The translations under genes and the position numbers were made by a program. Below the pieces are notes generated by a model. The model was not told the DNA's origin and did no database searches. It saw nothing but the letters and a program-made list of their open reading frames with translations. A stretch of DNA of 62,277 nucleotides, counting the filler, from Platydemus manokwari (Eukaryota), in NCBI GenBank assembly GCA_037951405.1. It is 5 parts of 5 records of this genome, joined end to end, with 100 filler letters (N's around TTAATTAATTAA, not from the genome) between each part and the next. Parts side by side here need not be neighbours in the genome. Positions count along the whole stretch, not along the records: positions 42,722 to 62,277 come from JBBMOY011789171.1; 4 more parts are not named here. One strand, written 5' to 3'. The first letter of the stretch is position 1. Every line of letters begins with the position of its first letter. Shown piece by piece: positions 52,031 to 62,277 of this stretch.

Positions 52031-55000
52031 GTTTGATTTATATGATTTTAATGATAATAGTAACTTCATTTTATCAAAGTTGATTTTAAAATTTTTCAAC
52101 TACAAGGAAATAAATTTGACGATATAATATGTTCATAATTATAAGTAGATAATTTATTTTACCAGTTGATTAATTTTTTTGGATTTTTTTATAATAATTT
52201 TTTTATCTAATCTAATTTTTATTATTTTTTAAATCGGATCTATGATCTAATTTTTTATACGGTTTTCTTTTGTAGTTTTTGTTCAATAAATTTTGATAAT
52301 TAATATTGGTTTGAAATTTTCGATAGTTAATTAAACTTTTTCAAAATATTTCAAATCTAAAGTTCACGAGTTATTTATACATTAAATAAAAACATGTATG
52401 AAACTTTTTATTGGAGTTCAACTTGTTAATATGATGACGTGCGTTAATAAAATTCTACTGACTTCTAATTTTCATTGCATTTACCTAAACATAAATGTGT
52501 AGCTCATTACTCAGTAATGTCGAGTCCGGAACATTCCTATGGAAGTATGGACTTTTGGAATCTGAGACCACTGTTTTAATATTTATATAAATGCAGTTAT
52601 TATAATGGATCAATAATTTAATGAAGTTTTCAATTCGGAAAATACATAACTACACATACACAGGAGTAAACTATGTTGCAAACAATGATATATTATCAAT
52701 TGAAGTCAGTTGAAAGAATCAATGTATTAGTTTTTGAGTTATTACAGAGCTGATTAGCACTTTGGAAGTTACTAAAAGTTTCAGTCGCAAACTTCGGTTT
52801 TATTTACGCAACAGTAATAAGATTGGGTTTTAATGTAATACGTTATAATTAAAAATTTATTTAAACTAATATCAATTTAATCCAGATTTAATTCGATTTT
52901 CCTTAATATTAATGAAATTTTTATATTATTATTGCAACTGTATTTATTTATAGGTATTGGTCGAACATTATTTATTTAATCAATAAAACCGCATTAAATC
53001 TGTTAACTCCTAAAATGAGATTGGACTCATTTTTACATTTTTCTGTTTTAAAATAAGATTATTCATTTATGAATATAATGTTAAAAAATTCAAAAAAATT
53101 AGAAAATACTCAGCATTTCGAAATTATAAAAAATAAATAATGAAATTTCATAATTAGTAGCAGGTCAAATGTCGATAAATAGAAGAAATCGATGTTGAGT
53201 AAAATCAAATACGTAGATTGTAAGATTTCAAATTTGAATACCGATAAGCTCGAGAAATACACGAAGAAATAATAAATTCCATATAACATACAAGACATCA
53301 AAAAATATGCAAAATTAAAGTTCGATAAAGTAAGAGTAAAAAATCTGAATTTTTTATGAAAGTTATGCCAGAGGATAATTAATATTACCAGACTCAAGAA
53401 TAAGTTCAGATTTATAAAATTAGCCTTGAGCATTCCAATTCCCGGGCATTTTCTGTGTTCCTGTGTAACTTACAATTGATTAATATTGTTAATTTCTGAT
53501 TATCCTTTATTGATTCTTGTGAGATATTGTATCAAGATTGTGTTAATTTCTACTTGTCATTCATATTATTAATTTTTGTGCTTAAAAATTTGTGATATGG
53601 ACCTCTACGCATAACAATTTTGTGTGACTAAGATTTCTTTGTGCTTTATGACTGTAATACATAATTTTTCTGTTCTATTGAGTTGATACTGTACTATAAC
53701 GTCCTCTAAATATTTCCTAGAGTTTCTGGAGTGGTTTCTGAATCTGTTATATGGATTATTAATTTATTTCTGTCGATTTTCGTTTTTTTGTAGATAACGT
53801 CCATGCGAATCTCTATTGTAATAGTTTGTAATGTAAAATTGTGTATTTGAATATCTAAATTGTAACAGAAAATTAGTTTGTGTCACATTTATCAATGTTA
53901 TATAATAACTCGAATATAAAAAGATTAAAGCTTTATTTCACGATAGATACAATAAAAAATAATCAAATAATTTATGCAAGACATTTTAAACGTTAGTATA
54001 ACTTGATTATCAAATATTAGTAACCCGAAATGTATAAAAATATCTGAAGGAAAGAGTAATTTAAAGAGCCTATAAATTTTCGCTATTCGGTAAACTTTGT
54101 TGTAATAAGTTACAATTGAATATTTCCCTTATAAATAATTTTATCTGATTTATTATAGATAAAATAAAAGAAATAAAATTATTACTCATCATATTTGGCA
54201 GTTTTAAATCTTAGTTTTAAAAAAGTACTTTCCTAGGCTTATAAATTTTTGTGTTAACCTCTTTGATAACTTGGGTATTTATATTTGATTTTATTATTGA
54301 TCTCAAAGTTGTTTGTTTATTTTTTATTTTGTATGTTGGGACGCTATCCTAGTGACCAATGAATGTTATTTCCATGATTTTCGGAAATTTTGTTTGTTTT
54401 GTTTGTACATTACTTTTATAAGTTCATCGATTTATTTAAATAATCGAGATTTTTCTGGTGTTTGGTTGCTAAAAATTTCGTTTATTTTAAAGATTCATTT
54501 AGACATTGGAAATTTCCGTTAGAAACTATTTATAAACTCTATGTATTCCGAAATACTTTATAATATAATTTACAATATGAAATTACAATGTTATAATGTT
54601 ATCTGCCATGTATTTCATTAAAAAACTATTAATTCAATTTAATAATACATAAAAGATAAAATTTATTTTTTCTTGATTTTCTTCAAAGCGATGTCAATTT
54701 AAACAATATTTACTTTCCTTTCTGATGTTTTTATTGAATGATGAATAAAAACTAATCTACATTTCATAGCACATGTCTACAGTTGTGATCATTCGCTCCT
54801 TTCAACCGATTCTTCTATATTATCCAATCACAGGTACAGGATATTTATACATGGTTCGGACCTAAAATTTTGTTATTTTCTATAAGGTTCAGCAAATACT
54901 ATTCTTTAGAATTATTATTAATACTTTGTTTATTATGTTCACTTCACCGGCTCTGTCTGGTATCCTGGACTTCTATGCTTAATTTGAAGTCTGACTCATG

Positions 55001-55169
55001 AATTATCTCATAATAATTATGAACCTTTGTATTACAATGTTATACTTGTGGTTATGTGTTTACTGTTCAACTTGTACTATGTTATTTCTAAGGGGATTAT
55101 AAATTAACATTTTATCAGTAACACACATTTCTTTTTTCAAGCACAAAGTTGTCATATATTAAAATTTTA

Positions 55170-55570
55170 GAAGAACAGAGCGAATTCAAGTCTTTCTTTT
55201 GAATTTCTCGAACCACCCGGTGTGGTTCTTGCGCCGTATTTCCTTCGTCTGCATCCTCCTTCAGGAGGTCATTGAAGACGGTAGTTGTTTTTTCGCAAAT
55301 TATGATTTGGTCAGTGTCTCGAGCTCTCCATCTTATCGTTCACTCCGGACATTCTTTTCGAAATAACAAAGACCTTTGAAAGAGTCATGGGTTTTAGGGC
55401 TTCCTTTGTTTTTCATATCGTACCTATTGCAGATGGGTTACGGCCATATTCTTTGGTTAGATCATCCAAACACATTCATTTTTCGTACTTTTCTATTATC
55501 TTTTGCTTTGTTTGTATAAACAAAACATCTCTCTTCTTACCACTTTTTCTTATCATTTCTTGGGATCCAT
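55170..55570 (-). mobile_element. Tigger/pogo transposase N-terminal (CENP-B-type HTH) remnant
   Basis: Minus: MDPK..KKRDVLFIQTKQKIIEKYEK*MCLDDLTKEYGRNPSAIGTI*KTKE..IICEKTTTVFNDL..GWFEKFKRKT*IRSV. Confidence 0.85.
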
Positions 55571-58500
55571 AGTTAATAAAAATGTAACATAATTTGACAA
55601 ATTTAAATCTTTATTAAAATCTGAAAACTCATCTATGTAAGCAAAATTAAGTATTATGTATTTTAAAATTTTCACTTTTCGTATCCTCAAATTTCTTTTG
55701 TAACCAGAGGTAATATTTTTTCTAGAAATTTGTTCGTAACCTAAAAATTTCGTGTGTAGAGTCTTTTCTAAGTAGATGTACCACTGTAATATTATAAAAA
55801 ATGTCTGCTTTTGAAATTGTATTACTTTGTTATTTTATATTAATGGAACATGATAATTTAGTTTAGTAAAACATGAAACAAGAACTCGAGATCAGTTCTA
55901 GATCACTAGATTATTTTATTAAAATTAAATCTTTGTGATTAGTTATTAATTAATTATCGTTGTATTGCTTGTTTTTGTTCTGAATCTCACCAGAATAGCT
56001 CTCGTATTTATACTATTTTCCTGATAGGTAATGCTATAAAATTTTTAAAATTATTGTTACTTAAATTCGTAAAATCCTGAAAAATTATAAAACCAATAGT
56101 GTTCAGAGTTCGTATTTGAGAAAAACCTGAATTTTAAATTTATTTTTATGAATAAATACAACGACGGAATTTTGAACTTAATCTATGATTATAAATATTA
56201 AAAATACATACCATCGGTTAAGCTTGTAAAAATTTTAGTTAATGTTTCTAACGGCTGATAGAGGATATGATTAAATTTAGATAATGTAGTAGATTGCGTG
56301 TAATGTTTAGTTTCTAATTATCGACATAAATATATCATAAATTTAATATAATGTAAAGGAATTATTTGTTTTTAATAATACTGTTACTCATGCAGTTATA
56401 AATGATAATATCAAATATCCTATGTAAAGTTGCAGAATTGTGCATTGATGTATATAACAGTGATATCAAGGATGAATCTAACTGTATCCAGATTTTGGTC
56501 AAAAACGATCTTGGACCTATAGTGATAACCGTTAATGGTATCCTACATTCGTAACATTTCTTTAGGTAATTAATGTCTCCTGGATTTATTATCTCGTTAT
56601 GATGTTGCTTCTATTATTTGGAAATGTTTTTTGTGTTTCTTCTTATTTGACGGTAATTTGTTACAATGATTGATTATGTTTTGATTGTCTTTAATACGTA
56701 TAAATATGAAATCCAACCAAAGATACGAAGTTTTAGGTTACAATCGGCATATTTTCATGGAACCATGATTGCTCATGTTGTTGGATGATTAATTTAGAGT
56801 TATGAAATAGTAATTTTCTTTCATTAGATATGTTTGAGCTGCGTGCCTTATATTATTTCAAAATTCTATGGTTAATTTTTTTTATTATTAATTGATCGGT
56901 TTGAATTATATCATAGAATTGAATATCTAAGTGCCATTATCGATTGTTACTAGAAATTTCTACAATTATGCTGATTGTAACTCAAATTTTGAAGTGTTAC
57001 AAGGTGCTGTCTCTGTTTACTCTAAAATCTTTTATTCTAGAATTATATTTCAAATTTTTATTATCTCTTCCAATCTAGAGTAATTAAAATTAACTTTGGT
57101 TTAAATTATCGATGATTTTATGTAATTTGATTTTAGTAATGACTTATTTTATTATGGTTTTGTTGTTCTTTGATCGCGTAAACTTAAACTTAAAATTCGA
57201 AATCTTTTCTCAAATTCTGGTACTTCCGACGGTTATAATAATTTATGAAATATAAACATTTAATCTAATAAAAAAACTGAATAAAAATGTAATATTTGTG
57301 ATAAAATTTGTAAAATATCCAGGGTTATAAAGGCTATTTAAAATCTGTATTACACATCAATAATTATAATATAAATCATAATATTAATAAAGTAATAATT
57401 TAATTAATATGCAAGGTCTGTTATAATTCATACCCTACCGTTATTGTTATTTCAATATCTGACTCTGCTTCTAAAATTGGTTATTCATTAAGAGAAATTA
57501 CTTAAATAGGTTCTATTTAAATCATACCATGCAAGGGTGAACTCTAAATAAAGTTATCGTGAAGTGTAAAATCAATACTGTATAAGGTGTAGGATCATTA
57601 ATCTATTGACTGTAAAGCTATAAGATATAGCTAAGATAAATTAAGATTATTGCAACTACACCAGCTACAATAAATGCAAATTAAACATTACTTTGTAGTT
57701 TTCTGTTGAAATGGCAAAATGCACTGTTTTACCTCTTCTTTTATACAATCTATACGGCTTCGATAATAGATTAGCATCATTAACACTTATATATTTAAAT
57801 TTACATGTATAATTTCATACTCCTATTAATACATCCTTTGATATATAATCCGATATTTATTATTTAGGTTAAAAATGTACAGTTGATTTGTTTTAGCTCT
57901 TACAGCGTTATGTAATTATTTTTGTTCATTAATTTAGTAATGTGCCGCTAAAATTGGCGTTTATTATTTATTTGTCTTTCACCTGGCTTATTTTTCAGCT
58001 ATAATGATCTATTTTTTAGATTTCTTAATTATTGTGAGTTTAGTTTTTATTCAGCTTAAGATCATTTATTATTATCCAAACTAATTATTGTTTAGAATTA
58101 TTTAAAAATGAAACTTGGACTCGGTTTTCGTTTCACGGGAAATAAAAGGGATTTATTAATTATAGTAAAATTCGTCCTAACTATTTTATAAAATGCTGAA
58201 GATTGCGAGATTAGCTGTCTATCTAAAAAATATATAATTATTGAGTGATCCATTATAAATTGCTTAACTCAAAGACTTCTAGAAGTTTTCATATTAATAG
58301 TTTCATGAGATTAGGTTGTAGCTAAATATCTAATTACCACAGAAATTTTTATTTTAAAGGAGCTAAATGTATGAATTGTAGAATTGTTTATATAGTATTT
58401 TATGGCTGAAATTGTACGGGATTTATTATATTTTTTCTTTTCTCACTTTCCTTAAAAAGTTAATGTTTTATGATCAATCCATATTGATAAGTTTGCTGCT

Positions 58501-58960
58501 ATTCAGATTTAATTTATCAAAAGTTCATGTTATGATTAAACAAAAACACCATCTGTTTACTTGGATAATATTATGCTTTATGCGGTAGAAATAAGTTGTT
58601 ATTTCAGCAATAGGTTAATTATACTAGTCTCAATTTTATTTTTGTTTTAGGTCCTTTTAATGGGACTATCATCTCAAAATGTCCTGGATGTATAAACAAA
58701 TTTCTGTAACAGATGTGGTTATTTATACCTCTACTTTACAATCACAACTACACTAGTTATACTACTAGCACTATGCTTTATAGAGCAAATTACTTTTACA
58801 ATATCACAATTGCACTTGTTGCAAGAAATCAGAAACCACACTACAGAAAAACCATGAGTATACTAATACATGGTTCAGACACACTGTATAAACCAAAATA
58901 TATTTGTCCATAAATACCACTATTATTTGGTTGAACATCCTTTAAATCTTATTAATTATA

Positions 58961-59925
58961 TGTTATTGAAACCCGTGGGGTTGGATTATTCGGTGATAAT
59001 TTAATAATAAATCAAGGATTTTTCAATCGATAATTTACTATATTATTAGATGTGAGACCGTGAATTAGAGATTGATCTTTCCATCAATATCTGATACTTC
59101 ACAGATTAATTAGGTTGCACGTATAATATAAATATTAAAAACAATAAAAGTATGATAAAATTCTTTATTATAATAACAATTAGCAAATGTGCAATGCGAA
59201 TATATTTTAGAAAGAGAAGCTTTTCGTACCCTGAAGAGTTTTATCAGTGATGAAAAACCGCCAGAGGGAACTTAATGGCGCCCCACTGTGGTATGAAAAC
59301 TAAAGAAATTTGATTTTAATTCTCAAAAATTCAATTACGACTTTGCGAGTTATTAGTGACTGACAACGAATCTCCTTTCGGAGAATGATATCAGTTGATT
59401 AGTTGAAAAAATTAAGTTTACTATTTGAGAATATATCCGTTGTTGAACAAAGGTTGATCAAAGTGATTTGTCGAACACTGAATATATTCTGAAGTGATTC
59501 TGGAACTTGTTGAAACTCGAATGTATAATAATCGTTGAACGTTGAATAGATATTGAAGTTGTCTTGAAACTCGAATATATGATCCTGTCAGATTAGTTCG
59601 GTTTTGTTGCGAAAATACTGGATTTTACTTTACAGTGATTTGGGATGTGGGCGCATGATTAATATTATACTTAATTTGCTAATTCCTTTAGCAATATCCA
59701 ACGTTGTCATGGCAATTTGATTTTATATTTGAATTTCTATGACTATGCTTATTAATGCCATGGTAACGTGGATTAATAATCATTTTTCGAAATTTTTATG
59801 GCTATTATTAATATATTTTCGCCCACATTCCTAATTTTTAATTAATGTGGGTTTATTATTTATTATTATTGCGTGATATATTATATTATAAGGCTTGCAG
59901 CCTGCGTGGGTCTATTATCCTGACA
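58961..59925 (-). mobile_element. LTR, copy 2 (965 bp); 3' LTR of a minus-strand element running off the window end
   Basis: TG...CA termini; homologous to 40763-41598; immediately preceded on the minus strand by a polypurine tract AAAAGGGGAGAGATA (plus 59926-59940). Confidence 0.9.
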
Positions 59926-60739
59926 TATCTCTCCCCTTTTAAGATTTTCGTCCCGTAAATTAGGACAAAAAAGAGAGGAGGTAGGGTCTCGACAAACTTT
60001 GACATAGAATAGATTAATACAAAACTGAATACGATACTGTTCAAAATAAAATCATGTAAGCACAAAATAACTGTCAATGATAACCAAAAGTAAGATAATG
60101 GTTAATGAATCACAATAGAATAAAGAAAATTGTCACAAATTATGAGTTAATTGTCACGAATCATGATCAGATAGTTTATAGTTTGCAGGTAATATCCTTA
60201 TCTTCTGTCATCCACTGTGTCCTCGTCCTCACCTCCTGTTAGATTCATTGAAACTCGGGATCCTGAAGTTTGGGTTCCGATACTCCAGGAACATGGTTTG
60301 TTTGGTTTTCTTATCAGTATAATGAACGCCTGTTATGCGCCATTCATGGTCGTTCTCTCGAATTACTTTGGCAATTTTATAATGTATCTTGATTTTCTTG
60401 GGGTACAGTTTGTTTGTCTTTTTTGGTATATTTGGGAGAGACCAGATACTTCTTTTTTCGGATGTGATGGTGGTTTGCTGGACGCACTTGGTACGTATTC
60501 CTCGGAGTCCATATCGACTTAAATTTCTTTCTTTTTTCTAATGTTTCTTTTTGTTCATATTGCTTGGGAGACTTGGTACCATAATTGGGTCTAATTTCGT
60601 TAAATCGATTCTAGGTGCAGTGGCCGCATTAATTGTCTGTATTTTTCTCTTGTTGACTTATGGCTTGTTTGGTTTGTTCCTCATTTATGATCAAGTCACC
60701 CATTAGTTCATCTTCTTCGATCTCCATGGTGTTCCCAAT

Positions 60740-61620
60740 CACATTCTACATCTGATCCTGCCATGTGGATTCCAGGTTTAGGTACACCTATCTTATTACT
60801 TTCGCATTGTTTCTGCGATAAGGTCCGAAAGCCTATCTAGAACATAATTAGGCATAAAGGCCCTTCATATCTTGGACTATTTATAGGCTTTGCTGGTAAC
60901 TAAACCTCTACTGCCGATTAGATGATCTGGGTTGATTCCACATGCTTCTAATGCATCCTCTATTTTGTATCCAATAATTACTTTCCCTTGAGTGATTTCC
61001 CTCAGTTTGTGTTGACAGAAGACTTCGTCTCACTGTCCTATAATAACTTTTTCGGTGATGATATCTGATCCGTCGTTCTTCCAATGTCGAATGCGTCGCC
61101 GAGGTGCGACTCTGGAATTCATTATCACTTGTTCCTGGTAGTTTAGCACAGTCATAGCAACTAAGGAATTTTCCGTTTCCTGTCATCCCGTCATGTTCGC
61201 TGTAGCGACCATGACTGCACTAAGGAATAAGATCTTTGTTCATAGTTCGGTTTCGGACATTGGTGGCCTGATAAATGAATGGAAGAGATTCACTTCTTGG
61301 AGTGATATTGGCACATTTGGTGCAGCTGGTGAAAAGGGTACGTATGGTAAATATTCGATGACGAGTGTAGTTGTTGCAATTAGGATTTCTACCTCAGCCT
61401 TGGTCAGTCGCTGATAGCACTCGGTGATTTCTAGGTTTTGAAAGGGAGACATTTTTATGAGTTGGTCGAGTCCACGCATTCATATTGTAATGGGTTCCCC
61501 TGTAGTATGCAAGTGGCGATGTTGACTTGCTCCTACGAGTAATGGAAGTATCCTGTCCATAGCATATTTGCCTGGAAGCTCTACGATAGCGGCGGTAACC
61601 GACCGTGGTCCACGACATCC
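60740..61620 (-). pseudogene. Retroelement accessory ORF containing a REX4/ISG20-like DEDDh exonuclease fold (decayed)
   Basis: Reading through stops in the 61240-61479 frame gives KILFLSAVMVATA..NSLVAMTVLNYQEQVIMNSRVAPRRRIRHWKNDGSDI..CQHKLREITQGKVIIGYKIEDALEACGINP..SRGL, then a frameshifted GIHMAGSD (ExoIII HxxxxD). Confidence 0.7.
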
Positions 61621-62277
61621 GAATTTTAAATTTTTTGGGAGACTTGTTTGGTCTGCGAAATACTTGATGCTGTCTCCTCTCTCGTTCCTGTATAATTAGT
61701 TTGTAATAGGCTCTGCCGGGTACCTTTCGGTATCATATTTGGTTATCTTTTGTGTTGACGTTGAGGGGGAGACAGGTAGGTTGTAGTTTTGGAGTTGAAT
61801 GATATGTTTGTAAGTCTGAAAATACAATTAAATTAATAGGCAAGTAATAGTGTTGTTTCCAACAATATTGTATGCCTGGTTGAACAATAGGTCACCAATA
61901 ATGTTCGTTCAACTATTAGTGATGCCTTTAATGATATAATACGGATATAATACATTAGTCCGCCTGGTAGAACGAGGATCATTAGGGAAGTTCATATGAG
62001 AATTGTGGAGTTTTCGTAACTCGAGAGTTGAGCGGTTCTTTAGCAATCTGACTCCAAAGGATTGCGGATACTAGCACTTACTACTAGCATTTATGCCAAC
62101 TATATAATAACAACACAACGTATATAATAAATATTTATTGATTTATATGACAGGCGTACAAGCTGAATAACGATTAGAGATATACAATCAGTGTACGAGC
62201 TGAATAATAAATAATGAATTATCAAGGGTTCTAAAAGAACAGATTCGATGCTTATCCCTAAAGATGAGGGGTATTGT

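Noticed and set aside
49500-54530. Several F/L/I-rich short ORFs in the track
   Set aside because: Expected by chance from T-rich low-complexity DNA; no motifs or splice structure.

Overview
AT-rich animal genomic scaffold segment with many very short (39-56 nt) GT-AG introns and four 100-nt assembly gaps padded with a TTAATTAATTAA linker. Gene and repeat content is consistent with a flatworm such as a planarian (inference only). Host genes readable from sequence: an intronless rhodopsin-like GPCR split by one extra T (7402-8389, +), an EGR-type three-finger transcription factor (10840-11481, +), glucosidase II beta subunit/PRKCSH (26670-29611, +, 9 exons, ends HDEL), METTL14 (38827-36021, -, 9 exons), and a 123-aa TM + cadherin cytoplasmic tail gene that appears to lack an ectodomain (43950-44577, +). 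The rest is mostly decayed mobile DNA: mariner, rosa/DD41D and Tigger/pogo remnants, two MITE families, a non-LTR RT fragment, a degenerate Maverick/Polinton virion module (31.5-35.0 kb, ending in a fold-back), a Gypsy-like relic with a Bcl-2-like domain read in frame into a chuvirus-type glycoprotein (14-17.6 kb), and a second LTR family (two LTR copies) whose internal 3' region encodes a REX4/ISG20-like DEDDh exonuclease fold. All homology calls come from manual translation and motif recognition; no searches were run.
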